From positions 23,002,001 through 23,066,000 of the forward strand of contig OX597837.1 in the NCBI GenBank assembly GCA_951406725.2: DNA of 64,000 nt. Direction: 5' to 3'. The notes below the pieces were generated by a model. The model did no database searches, was not told the origin of the DNA, and saw only the letters and a list, made by a program, of their open reading frames with translations. Below are positions 1-12,359 of this stretch, piece by piece. The number at the start of each line of letters is the position of its first letter. Within the stretch, counting starts at the first letter, position 1. Both the position numbers and the translations under genes were made by a program. The DNA is from Octopus vulgaris. Lineage: Eukaryota.

Positions 1-110
1 TGTATGAATGTATCTGTCGATCTATGATATACATAAATGTAATTTAAAGTACTCCATATATATAAATGTGTATATATGCATATAGAAGTAAATATATATC
101 AGTCACTCAC

Positions 111-211
111 CGTTCTTTCATAAATTTCAAGGTGTGTACAATATCTGGCCTTTTTTGTCGGTAATTCCATAGATGTAAGGTATCATCAGAACAAACTGTT
201 ACCAATGCACC
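111..211 (-). CDS. STXBP5: Tomosyn (syntaxin-binding protein 5 / 5-like) internal coding exon, N-terminal WD40 propeller
   Basis: Minus strand reads ...ttgaaatttcag|GGTGCATTGG...AAAGAACG|gtgagt, 101 nt, phase 0 to phase 2. It translates to GALVTVCSDDTLHLWNYRQKRPDIVHTLKFMKER, matching recalled vertebrate tomosyn GALVSALADDTLHLWNLRQKRPAILHSLKFCRER, and continues in frame from the exon at 27140-27221. Confidence 0.93.
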
Positions 212-550
212 CTGAAATTTCAAATGGAAATTGAAGGGAATCATAATTATCGTTTAGAAATAAACGCAAAACAAATGTAAAATAAAATTAATTAATAAAT
301 GTAGAAGAAAAGTGTTATGAATAGATCTTATTTTAAATGTGTTTTTTTTTTGCCGTTGAATGGTTGAATCTTGGAGGAAGCGGGTGTTGAGTGCTTAGAG
401 CTCCTATGTAGCAGAAGAAGAAGAAGAGGGCGGTTGGTTGGCTGGCTGGTTTTCGGTATTTTTGAAAGACCAAAAGTTTAATTACATGTAATAAAGCAGG
501 AACAGAGAGATGTAAATTGAAAAAGGAGGCTGGAAAGGTTGTGTGTAATC

Positions 551-552
<2 letters not shown>

Positions 553-592
<40 letters not shown>
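553..592. repeat. (GA)n microsatellite
   Basis: Pure GA run. Confidence 0.95.
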
Positions 593-596
<4 letters not shown>

Positions 597-856
597 GGAG
601 AAAGAAAGAGAGTGAGTAGTAAGATGGTATAAACAACAGTTCCAAATGAATACCGGAATGAAATCAAGAGATATAGAGTAAATAAACATGGTCAAAGAGG
701 ACATAGTCTTCAGCATGGCCTGAAGAATAGAAATCATTGGCAAAAAGAAATATTTTGCTATTGTTTAGCCCAAGGCTAGGTCTTATTGAGTAAGTCCATA
801 ATCAAAGACGTTGCACCCAAACTATGCCATCTTTTTATTCAGACAAACTATATATA

Positions 857-1252
857 AGCGCAGGAGTGGCTGTGTGGTAAATAGCTTGTTTACCAACCAC
901 ATGGTTCCGGGTTCAGTCCCACTGCATGGCACCTTGGGAAAGTGTCTTCTACTATAGCCTCGGGCCGACCAAAGCCTTGTGAGTGGATTTGGTAGATGGA
1001 AACTGAAAGAAGACCATCGTATATATGTATATATATGTGTGCGTGTATGTTTGTGTTTGTCCCCCTAGCATTGCTTGACAACCGATGCTGGTGTGTTTAT
1101 GTCCCCATCACTAAGCGGTTTGGCAAAAGAGACCGACAGAATAAGTACTGGGCTTACAAAGAATAAGTCCCAGGGTCGAGTTGCTTGATTAAAGGCGGTG
1201 CTCTAGCATGGCCGCAGTCAAATGACCGAAATAAGTAAAAGAGTAAAGAGTA
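857..1252 (+). mobile_element. tRNA-derived SINE, family A (~400 bp), full length
   Basis: A-box-like TGGCTGTGTGG, B-box-like GGTTCAGTCCC, internal (TA)/(TG) microsatellite and (AAAGAGT)n tail. More than 15 related copies occur in the window. Confidence 0.9.
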
Positions 1253-1375
1253 ATAGGGATATAAACACACTAACACCGTGGTGGGGTAAAATACAACGCA
1301 TATAGATATATACATAAGATATATACATACATGCATATTACAACACATATATGTACATACTCACACACACATATA

Positions 1376-1760
1376 GGAGCAGGCATGGCTGTGTGGTAAG
1401 AAGCTTGCTTTGTAACCACATAGTTACAGGTTCAGTCCCACTGCTTGTCACCTTGGGCAAGTGTCATTAATTTTAACCTTGCACTGACCAAAGCCTTGTG
1501 AGTGGATTTGGTAGACTGAAACTGAAATAAGCCCATTGTACATATATTGTGTGTGTGTGTGTGTGAGTTTGCATGTGTGTGCTTCTCCCCCACCACTGCT
1601 TCACAACCAGTATTGGTGTGTTTATGTCCCCCGTAATTTAGTTGTTTGGCAATAGAGTTTGATAGGATAAGTACTAGATTTTAAAAAAAGTACTGGGGTA
1701 ATTCAACAAGGCTGAGCCCCAGCATGACCACAGCCTAATAACTGAAACAAGTAAAAGATA
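1376..1760 (+). mobile_element. SINE family A, older diverged copy
   Basis: Colinear with 857-1252 but with many substitutions. Confidence 0.8.
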
Positions 1761-2447
1761 TATATATGACAGGCTTCTTTCAGTTTCCATCAACCAAATC
1801 CTCTCACAAGACTTTGGTTGGACTGAAACTATGGTAGAAGACACTTGCTGAACCGAAGACCATATTCTTGGGAAGCTACATAGTCACCTATATAAATGAT
1901 ATCTAATAATTTGAAGAATCTGTCAAGGAATTTAAATTTCCAGGAAAGAGGATTTGTGATAATAAAACAATTGTAAAACAACTCTTGAATAGCAAAAAAT
2001 TTTTAATGGAAAACACAAAGTTATTTCAAAGAATTAAATAGTATAATGATGATATTCTGTTAATGGCTTCGTAAATAAATATATATTAATGCACTTTATA
2101 TTTGGAAAAGCAAATGGAAACAGAAAAAGAGAACAAAACAAGACACAAGAGAAGTTCTGGAATATGGAAAACCATTTTACTCAGAATTTCAGACAATATA
2201 TTTGTAGAATTTTTTATTCATTTCTTTTATTTAATATCCCCCAGAAAATGCTAAAGTGGATATAAACTGATTTGTTTAAATTCAGTTGATGACGTCAGTA
2301 TTTTATGTAAGTGTGAATATTGCAGAAGGAGATGTAAGGTCTTGATAAAACAAAGCTGTTGGTGGATTACAAATGTCATTCGAGGTCACTTCACATACAA
2401 ACAGGCAAACCAAGAATGTCTTTGACTTAACAATGGAACATCTATAT

Positions 2448-2939
2448 CAACGGTTCCCAAACTTTTACAGGCTGTCACCCCTTGGCACCTGGGCCATATT
2501 CCTAGCACACACTTCCTACCCACCACCACAGATATAAACCAATTTTTTGTAGAAAATTCAAAACAACTGTATTTCACAAATAAAACTTGGCACCTGGGCC
2601 ATATTCCTAGCACACACTTCCTACCCACCACCACAGATATAAACCACTTTTTGTAGAAAATTCAAAACAACTGTATTTCACAAATAAAACTTGGCACCTG
2701 GGCCATATTCCTAGCACACACTTCCTACCCACAACCACAAACATAAACCACTTTTTGCAGAAAATTCAAAACAACTGTATTTCACAAATAAAACTTAACC
2801 TAATTAACCCATTATTTTGTTGTTTTTACATTCATCACCCTCTTTTAGTCACCCCATTATCACCCAACTTTTCTTCAATGACCCCTGGATCTTTTCACCA
2901 CCCCCAGGAGGGCAGTACTGCCCACTTTGGGAACCACTG
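2448..2939. mobile_element. Non-autonomous hAT (Charlie-like) MITE
   Basis: TIRs CAACGGTTCCCAAA / TTTGGGAACCACTG. 8-bp TSD ATCTATAT (2440-2447) / ATCTATAC (2940-2947). Confidence 0.85.
2481..2796. repeat. Tandem repeat, 3 x 104-105 bp
   Basis: Unit cttggcacctgggccatattcc...cacaaataaaa starts at 2481, 2586 and 2690, near identical. Confidence 0.92.
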
Positions 2940-3794
2940 ATCTATACAATCACCAGCTCACCTCATTTCACTTACATAACAGATAAACCTGGTTTAACAA
3001 TGGAACATCTATGTAGTCACCAACTCTGCAAAAAATGGCAACCAAATTTCTCTCAAATCATAGACTACTATCTTAAAAGGGGAACACTTTGGATAATCTT
3101 GTGATAGAAAGATGATGTCTTATTACAAAATGGCATGGTCATGTCTGAAACATCTGATTATCATTTTTTTTTTTGTTGTAGAAAATTTGTGAATATTCCC
3201 ACCACATCAGCAACAAGCACTTCCAATTATTCCAGGTCAATGAACAGTTAAGAGGTTCAGCCTGTAAGTGTGTAATTCTGTGTTTGATCCCACTGTGGGG
3301 TACCTTGAGCAAGTATCTTATACCATGTCCTCAGCCTCACTCATATCATCAGAGTGATAATCATTTCTATTTAGCCAGGTAGACTGGGTCAAACAGAGTT
3401 GCGTGACCAAGAAGTCCAGCACTTAACCACCACAACTATTGTACTTCCTGAAGATCAAATGATCAGAGATTGGTTACTAAAGAGATGTTTTGATTGAATA
3501 AGCTTCAGTAAGGGAAGTGTGATAATGTGCTTTAGAAACAATCAGCAATTAGGAAGACCACAGCCATAGGCGTGGCTATATGGTAAGAAATTTGCTTCAA
3601 AACCACATGGTTCTGGGTTCAGTCCCACTGCATGGCACTTGGGCAAGTGATGCCCACAATAGTACCTGGCTGACCAAAGCCATGTGAGAGGAGTTTTAGT
3701 AAACAGAAACTCAAAGAAGGTGTTCTCTCTCTCTATATATATATATAAATACATACATACAAAGAGAGAGAGAGAGCGAGAGAGAGAGAATATT

Positions 3795-4175
3795 CTTTTA
3801 TTATTATACTTGTTTCAGTCATTTAACTGCAGCCATTCTGGAGCACCCCAAGATTCATTCTTTGTAAGCCTAGTACTTATTCTATCAGTCTCTTCTGCCA
3901 AAACTGCTAACTGCCAAAACGGGCATGTAAAGGCACCAGCAATGTTGGGGGGACAAACACAGACACACAAACACATACACACACACACACACACACACAT
4001 ACATACATATATATATATGACAGGCTTCTTTCAGTTTCTGTCTACCAAATCTACTCACAAGGCTTTGTTTGACCCGAGGCTATAGTAGAAGACACTTCCC
4101 CAGGGTGCCATGCAGTGGGACGGAACCTGGAACCATGTGGTTGGTTAGCAAGCTACTTACCACACAGCCACTGTG
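3795..4175 (-). mobile_element. SINE family A
   Basis: Reverse complement of 857-1252 with internal deletions. Confidence 0.8.
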
Positions 4176-5046
4176 TCCCCATGTCTTGGCGTCATGTAAT
4201 AATGATAAATGACCATCACTGTCTAACAAGCAGTGTCATTCATTTCCAGTTGATGTACTTGACTAGAACCCCTCCCCCAAATTTTAGGCCTTGTGCCTAT
4301 AGTAGAAAAGATTATTATTATTATTACTATGATGATGATGATGAGCCTTCTTTAGATTTGAACTCCCTATACATCCTGGTTTTTTTTTTCCGCCCCCTTA
4401 TTAAGTTCTATTCCTGATACCTGACTGAATTCATTTAGATCACCACCATTACTCAGCTTCAAAAGCAACAGCCACCCCCACAAAAACCAAATCTTAACCC
4501 ATTAGCAGGCTTCACTTTCTCTCTACCCACCTGCTTTTGTCATTATTCTACTCCAAGATATCTTCGTTAATTTAATTCTTGAATCACTAATGACACTCCC
4601 TTTATTATTGCATCAACAAGTGGGTTGTGGCAGTGGGGTTATTGAAAGGAATTAGTGTCATTCATCAAGTGGAATATTAATTAATAAACTTCATACCTCT
4701 TTCTGACTCTCTCTCTCTCTCTCTCTCTTCATCCTTTTCATTTTTCTGCTTATTTAGATTATCAAACGCAGCAAATGACCCATGAAAAGGAACTTTAAGA
4801 AAATGATACTTTAACTCCCTGGCATTTATACTTAGGTGATAGGAATGGAATAAATCTTGAATATATCAAAGAAGAGTACTTCTATAGATGACAGAACTTG
4901 AAACAACAACAACAACCGCAGCAGATGCCGCTGTCACCACCACCACCACCACCATCAAGGTGGCAAGATGGCAGAATCATTAGCATACTAGAGGAAATGC
5001 TTAACATCATTTTGTCCACTTTTATGTTCTGCTAAGACTGACTTTT

Positions 5047-5268
5047 CCTGGCAGAAATGTTAGCATGCCGGGCGAAATGCGTAGCCGTATTTCGTCTGTC
5101 GCTACGTTCTGAGTTCAAATTCCCCCGAGGTCGACTTTGCCTTTCATCCTTTCGGGGTCGATAAATTAAGTACCAGTTATGCACTGGGGTCGATGTAATC
5201 GACTTAATCCGTTTGTCTGTCCTCGTTTGTCCCCTCTGTGTTTAGCCCCTTGTGGGTAGTAAAGATAT
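5047..5268 (+). mobile_element. tRNA-derived SINE, family B (~230 bp)
   Basis: CTGGCAGAAATGTTAG...GAGTTCAAATTCC head and gcctttcatcctttcggggtcgataaa body. Many copies in the window. Confidence 0.85.
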
Positions 5269-6217
5269 GGGTACCATGCAGTGAGACTGAACTTAGAACT
5301 ATGTGGTTAGGAAGCAAGCTTCTTTATATAATATACTTTCTAGGTTTTGTTTTGTGTTTGATTCCCTGGTCCCTGGAAAAATTGTTTTGCATGAAACCAG
5401 TCTATAAATGCAAAAATGGTTGGGGGTCCCTCTGATATAGGGACAATAGTAAAACTATAGTGAATGAGGGTAGACAGAAGCTGTTTAGCTGACAGATGAA
5501 ACAGAGTGGACAGTACAGTGGACAAGAGGTTAATATTATTGTAAAACAATTACAAGATGTAAATGTGAATAGGTCATGTGTTAATTAGAAATAAGTAAGA
5601 AATATCAAGTCAAATTAATTCAGCAAATGTCACTTAATGTATATTACTAGAAATATTAACGTTACAGACTATGTGTTTATGTGTGTGTATATATAAATGA
5701 TGATTTGCGTAGCTACATGATAGATAAGTCAATTAAGGAAATGAAGTCAGGGTAAGTCCCCGGCCCATCAGGAATTATTGCCGAGAAGCTTAAAATATCT
5801 AGCAGAGAGGGATTGGCCTAGTCACATGTATAGTTAATCAAGTTGTCCAGGAAGGGGTCATACTTAATGACTGGTGTAGCAGTATCATAGTCAATTGCTA
5901 TAAGAAGTAATTACAGATATATCAAATTGTTGGACCAAGTCATGAAAGTTCCAGAAAGGGTCATAGCTCAAGTAATTAGGAAGAGAGTTAGCCAAGATGA
6001 GATGCAGTTTGGTTTTGTGCCAAGGAAAAGCACTAGTGATGTTATCTTCCTAGTAAGGCAATTGCAGAAGAAGCGTTTAGTGAAAAATAAACTGCTATAC
6101 TTAGCATTTGTTGATACGGAGAAAACTTCAGGCAGCGTCTCTCACACCCTCATCTGGTGCTTGTTGCAGAAGCTAGGGGTAGATGTGTGGCTAGTGAGAG
6201 CTGTCCAAGCCATGTAT

Positions 6218-6418
6218 GGGAAGCACTCCGTCGGTTACGACGACGAGGGTTCCGGTTGATCTGATCAACGGAAAAGCCAGCTCGTGAAATTAACGGGTAA
6301 GTGGCTGAGCACTCCACAGACATGTGTACCCTTAACGTAGTTCTCGGGGATATTCAGCGTGACACAGAGAGTGACAAGGCCGGCCCTTTGAAATACAGGT
6401 ACAACAGAAACAGGAAAA
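6218..6418 (-). mobile_element. SINE 3' fragment with RTE-like tail inserted in the LINE
   Basis: Interrupts the RT frame between AVQAMY and VISKVKV. Similar to 43415-43580. Confidence 0.7.
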
Positions 6419-7191
6419 AAAGTTATCAGTAAGGTGAAAGTCAGCAATGAATGTAGTAACAAATTTGGAGGGCATGTAGGAATTCGCCAAGGCTCAGTTC
6501 TAAGGTCCCCTCTTGTTTATCATAGTCCTCTAGGACATAAAAAAGGAATTTAAATCTGGTTGCCCATGGGAGCTTCTCTATGCTGATGACCTTGTTCTTA
6601 TAGCTGAATCTATTATAGAATTAGAAAAGAAATATCAGGTGTAGAAGCGAGATCTGGAGTCAAAGGGGCTTAGAGTTCATTCAACAAAGAACAAAATATG
6701 AGTAAGCAGGAAAGCAGACAAATTACTAATCTCTTCAGAGAAAGGGACCTGCTTGATATGTAGAAAAAGTGTAGGTAGAAATTCCATACGGTGTATGCAT
6801 TGCAAGCTATGGACATATAAGAGATGCAGCAGAATCACCAGAAAGGTAAACGGAGAAAAGTAGTCTTTGTGTGTGGCAGATGGTGCAGGAATAACAAAAA
6901 CTAAGAATGTACAGGAAATGGATTTCCTCCACTGTCCAGGAGGCTCCTTGCAGGTAACAGACAGTTTCTCTTACCTAGGTGACCAAATTAGCAGTAGAGG
7001 GGGACAGTCTGAAAGCATAGATGCTAGAATTAGAGTCGGTTGGGTTAAAGTTCAGAAAGGCATTACCTTTGTTGCTAACAAAGGGATTCTCCCTCAGATT
7101 GAAAGGCAGACTGAATGATGCCCCTGCATGGTAGCAAAATATGGGCCATGATGGCAAAGGACACGCGGAGGTTTAAAAGAAATTAAGTTAG

Positions 7192-7355
7192 CAGGTGTAG
7201 GAGTGGCTGTGTGGTAAGTAGCTTGCTTACAAACCACGTGGTTCCGGGTTCAGTCCCACAGCGTGGCACCTTGGGCAAGTGTCTTCTACGATAGCCTCGG
7301 GCCGACCAAAGCCTTGTGAGTGGATTTGGTAGACAGAAACTGAAAGAAGCCCGTC

Positions 7356-7401
<46 letters not shown>

Positions 7402-7612
7402 ATATGTTTGTGTGTCCGTGTTTGTCCCCCTAACATCGCTTGACAACCGATGCTGGTGTGTTTATGTCCCTGTAACTTAGTGGTTTGGCAAAAGAGACCG
7501 ATAGAACAAGTACTAGGCTTACAAAGAATAAGCCCTGGGGTCAATTTGCTCGACTAAAGTCAGTGCTCCAGCATGGCCACAGTCAAATGACTGAAACAAG
7601 TAAAAGAGTAAG
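7192..7612 (+). mobile_element. SINE family A inserted in the RTE LINE
   Basis: Full-length copy. The LINE sequence resumes at ~7613 (SMLCWM). Confidence 0.9.
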
Positions 7613-8492
7613 AGCATGCTCTGCTGGATGTATGACAAAGTGTAAATGTTTTGGGAGTAAAACTGGTTATAAGAGGTGTCAGTTATAGGGTGCAAGAGAG
7701 AAGATTACGCATGGTCATGTGATGTGTATGGATGAAGGCAGCTGCATAAACAAGTACCAGTCTCTAAATATAGAGGAAGACACAGGAGGAAGTGGTGGAC
7801 ATGTTGAGCCTCACAGAGGAGATGACAAAGGACTTGCTGTGCTTGAGAAGTCAATTAAGGAAATGAAGTCAGAGTAAGTCCCCGGCCCATCAGGAATTAT
7901 TGCCGAGAAGCTTAAAATATCTAGCGGAGAGGGATTGGCCTAGTCACATGTATAGTTAATCAAGCTAAGTAAAATTGAGGCTATAAAGACAAATTATTTA
8001 TGTCCATGCCCCTGCACACAATCTGTCTTTGACAAACCTTACCCTCATGACCCAAATTCCCAACCTGAGCTCACCACTCACCGTATTCCCTTTCCTTCAA
8101 TCTTACACCCTCCCTTCACACCCTTGTGAACCTATCTGCACACAATGTGTCCTTGTTAAATCCCTTCCCCAGAACATGTTCACCTAACACCCTTTCCTTC
8201 TGTAGATCTTGATAAAGCTGCATGTAAACTGAAAAATTAGGTTGTTTGTCTCCACAGTAGAATCAATTTTGTTATATGGTACTGAAACTTGGACCCTCAC
8301 CAAAAATCTTGAAAAGCAATAAACAGCTGCTACAGAAGTATGGTAAGAATGGCTCTGAATGCTACATGAGAAATTCATTTGACCAACGAGCAGCTTTATC
8401 AATGCTAAAAAGTTAGTACTTATTTCATCCATCTCCCAGAACTGTTAAGGTATGAGACACGAAGGATCACAAGAAATACACCAGTTTTAATA

Positions 8493-8715
8493 TCATCATC
8501 ATTGTTTAATGTTTGCTTTCCATGCTGGCATGGGTTGGATGGTTTCACATGGAGCTGGATAGCTGGGAGTTGTCCAAACTCCAGCTGTCTGTTGTGGCAT
8601 GGTTTCTATGGCTGGATACCCTTCTTAACACCAACCTCTCAACAGAGTGTGCTGGATGCTTTATATGTGCCACTGGAGCAGGTGTGTTTACACAACACTG
8701 GCATGGGTGGTTTTT
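8493..8715 (-). mobile_element. Family E repeat (SINE/LINE tail with GGAAGGGCATCCAGC motif and (GAT)n tail)
   Basis: Reverse-complement similarity to 26243-26503 and 31655-31893. Confidence 0.7.
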
Positions 8716-8725
8716 AAGTGTAAAT

Positions 8726-8758
<33 letters not shown>

Positions 8759-9150
8759 ACAGACTTGCACACAGCTTCCACATATAAAATTCCACAAGAG
8801 ATAATTAGTCAACTTGTGACTGTTGTACAATATGCTCTTTCCTACAGTATCACATAGCAGGAGTGACACTGGAAATATACTTTTACTTGTTTCAGTCTTT
8901 GGACTGTGGTCGTGCTGGGGCAATGCCTTGAAGGGCTTAATTGAGCAAATCCTAGTACTTTTTTGTTTTAAAGCCCAGTACTTACTGTATCAGTTTTCTT
9001 TTTGCCAGACTGCTAAGTTATGGGGAAATAAACAAACCAATGCTGGTTGTCAGGCAGTGGTGAGGAACAATCACACACACACACACACACATAAGCTTCT
9101 TTCAGTTTCCATTTACCAAATCCACTCACAAAGCTTTGATTAGTCTAGGG

Positions 9151-9369
9151 CAGTGCTTTTCAAACTTTTTGCTGAAGCGGAACCCCAAGGAAACATTCTA
9201 CTGGCTCAAGGAACCCCTGTGCAATAATTTAATAGTCTTATGCACACATATCTGCACTGGAGAATTAAAAATTACTGCCGTTTTTAGCAGTTTTGTAATT
9301 TCTTGCGGAACCCCTGGACTGTACTGGCGGAACCCTAAGGTTCCGCGGAACCCTGGTTGAAAACCGCTG
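9151..9369. mobile_element. hAT MITE nested in a minus-strand family A SINE (8878-9478)
   Basis: TIRs CAGTGCTTTTCAA / TTGAAAACCGCTG. Perfect 8-bp TSD GTCTAGGG (9143-9150, 9370-9377). Confidence 0.92.
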
Positions 9370-9526
9370 GTCTAGGGTATAGCAGAAGATAGTTTCCCAA
9401 GTAGCTATGCAGTGGGATTGAACTTATAACCTTGTGGCTGAGAAGTAAACTTCTTACCACACAGCCATGCCTGTGCCCATAGTTATACAGCAAACTTCTT
9501 AACCAAATGGCTAGGACTACTTAAGA

Positions 9527-10245
9527 CATTGGTTTCAAATTTTGGCACAATGCCAGCAATTTCAAAGGAAGTGGGGATAAGTTGATTACACTGACCCCAG
9601 TGTTCAACTGGTACTTATTTAATCAATCTAGAAGAGATGAAAGGAAAAATTGACTTCGGTAATATTTGAACTCAGAATGTAAAAACAGACAAAAATACCG
9701 CTAAGCATTTTGCTCCATGTGCTTAATGATTCTGCCAGTTCACTGCCTTTATAATAATAATCCTTTCCACTATCAGCACAAGGCCTGAAATTTCAGGGGA
9801 GGGAATAAGTCGATTACTTTGACCCCAGTCCACAACTGGTACTTGTTTTATCAACCTCTAAAATGATGAAAGGTAAAATTGATCTTGAACTCAGAAAAAT
9901 GGACAAAATACCATCAAGCATTTTGTCTAGTATGCTAACGGTTCTACCAGCTTGTGAATACTAGTATTACTAATAATAATAATACTAATATTGGTTTTAC
10001 ATTTTGGGACAAGGCCGTCTGAGGAGGAGATAAGTCAATTACTTCAACTGCAGTCCACAACTGGTACTTATTTTATCAACCCTGAAAGGATGAAAAGCAA
10101 AGTTGACCTTGGTGGAATTTGAACTCAGGATGTAAATATGGACAAAATGCCGCTAAGCCTACTGCCTGGCATGCTAATGACTCTGCCAGTTCACTGCCTT
10201 ATGATGATAATAATAATAATAATAATAATAATAATAGTAATAATA

Positions 10246-10285
<40 letters not shown>

Positions 10286-10499
10286 TCCTTTCTACTATAG
10301 GCACAAGGCCGGAAATTTGGGGGGAACGGGACAAGTTGATTACATCGACCCCAGTGTTTCACTGGTACTTAATTTATCAACCCCAAAAGGATAAAAGGCA
10401 AAGGCAACCTTAGGAGAATTTGAATTCAGAATGTAGCGGTATATGAAATACCACTAAACATTTTGCTTGGTGAGCTAACAATTCTGCCAGCTCGCTGCC

Positions 10500-10570
<71 letters not shown>

Positions 10571-10760
10571 AATAAATAAATAAATAATAATGATGATTTC
10601 AAATTTTGGCACAAAGCCAGCAATTTCAGAGGAGTGGTTGCCTGATAAAATGAAAGGCAAAGTTGACTTCGGCAGAGATTGAACTCAGAACACAAAGACA
10701 GATGGAATGCCTCTAAGCATTTTGCTTGGTACGCTAGCGATTCTGCAAGCTCGCTGCCTG
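9527..10760 (-). mobile_element. Head-to-tail array of ~5 family B SINEs separated by (AAT)n
   Basis: Repeated ...gaactcagaa...attctgccagttcactgcctt followed by AAT runs (10205-10282, 10501-10590). Confidence 0.8.
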
Positions 10761-11749
10761 ATGGACTACACGAGGTATTGATTTTATTTTGACTAGACTG
10801 AAAACCCCAAATTTAAAAGTGCAGATGCAGGGTGGCTACAAAATAGGATTATCAATGATTGTGCATTCTCCAAGAGAAATGGCAATGCAGGTGAAATGGA
10901 ACGGATACAAATAAAACTATGGTGGTGCATTAGTAATCTCTGTAAATTTGATGTGTTCTATTCTAGTTCTTATCAAAAAGTCTTGGGAAAAATAAAAGTA
11001 TATATCAAAAATACAATAAACAGTGTAAACCTCAAAATGTGGAAAACAACGCTTGTTCTTTGAAGTGATAAAAATATCATAGATCTTATTCACATGAAGA
11101 ATTATCACTGGCTTCCATAAATTGTATAATATGATTTGTTTCTTCTAGAAAATAAATCTATTTCTTCAGAAAGAGCAAAGAAAAACATAACAGAAAGAAA
11201 AAGAAGACAGAATGAAAATTAGATGAAATAAAAAAAAATTTTGTCACTTATTTCAATTAACCATTCCTAAATTAAAAAATAAATAAATAAATAAGTGAAA
11301 TCACGAAAAAAAAAAAAAAATCTTCTGGAAAGACTAACCTTCTTATGACCTTCAAACCATTAACCTCTAAAATTAGGTGCAGCAGAGCAAGAACAGTATT
11401 TTAAGACAAGAGTTAAAAATAATGAAGTCATTTGTATAACATTTTAGCAATTCCTTATAAATAACCATCAAAAACAAAAACTAAATAAATAATGAATAAA
11501 AACAAACAAAAGTAATATAAATCTTTATAATCCGTTTTACTCCAGGGAATATAAACCAATCAACCGTTTTTAGATTAGAGAGAAATATGCTTTTTTTCTC
11601 AGTCCTAAAACATCAGTTTCATAGCAAAATGAATTTGATGCCTTAAACCAAGAAAAATATATTGTGAAAAATAAAAGAAAAATCCGAAAAAACTTGAAAA
11701 TAACCAATTTATCTAAACAGTAAATAAAAATAAAATCAAACAAATAAAA

Positions 11750-11974
11750 GTAAAATCTGAAAGAATTAAGATTATTACCTTTGCATATTTTACACTAATC
11801 AATAGCCAAGCTATAAAGAATTTATAAAGAATCCAATTTGCAAATGTTATTAATCTATTTTGCTCCTGCTTTGCAAAGAACTTCAACGAGATGATATAAA
11901 CATCCACGATTACTGTAATTTTCTTGAAATATGTAATAAAATATTGGAGATTTTGTTGCTACCATTGCAAACAA

Positions 11975-12048
<74 letters not shown>

Positions 12049-12170
12049 AACAAACACATAAACTTAGATTCTATTGACAAAGAACCTGATTGTCTTCAAT
12101 TAACAGAAATTGTTTTTCGCTGATCTATCTGGCCTGGCATCAGAATTCATTCAGCAATGTCTAACTCTCT
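11750..12170 (+). pseudogene. Very degenerate LINE AP-endonuclease fragment split by (TA)n
   Basis: Across frames: ERIKIITF, NLQMLLIYFAP and NIGDFVATI resemble the APE motifs YAP and GDFNA. Confidence 0.4.
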
Positions 12171-12204
12171 GAAAACACTTTAATATTATCATCATCATCA
12201 TTAC

Positions 12205-12241
<37 letters not shown>

Positions 12242-12359
12242 ATGATGATTAGAGAATTAAACTATTTCATCAGTTCATACTACTACTACTACCACCACTA
12301 CTACTACTACCACTACTACCACTACTAGCACCACCACCACCATCACCACTACTACAACC

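Larger units (their letters stand above)
5720..7980 (+). mobile_element. Degenerate RTE-clade LINE (reverse transcriptase to 3' end), interrupted by SINEs
   Basis: QFGFVPRKSTSDVIF, LYLAFVD, GIRQGSVL, ELLYADDLVLIAES (~6570-6610) and FSYLGDQI motifs, with multiple stops and frameshifts. Confidence 0.9.

Noticed and set aside
890-1081. Recurrent ORFs such as DGLLSVSVYQIHSQGFGRPEAIVEDT and RRASFSFRLPNPLTRLWSARG
   Set aside because: Antisense translations of SINE family A, recurring at every copy.
2290-2297. Perfect CRE site TGACGTCA
   Set aside because: A single 8-mer in 64 kb is compatible with chance, and there is no supporting promoter context.
2481-2796. CRISPR-like array
   Set aside because: Contiguous tandem units without unique spacers, in eukaryotic intronic context with no cas genes.
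5726-7964. LTR retrotransposon (direct repeats flanking RT)
   Set aside because: The repeats are LINE coding sequence with no TG...CA ends, PBS or PPT, and the RT is RTE non-LTR type.
11779-11912. Minus-strand AG...GT bounded segment resembling an exon
   Set aside because: No tomosyn similarity and a weak acceptor. Better explained as the antisense of a decayed LINE endonuclease.
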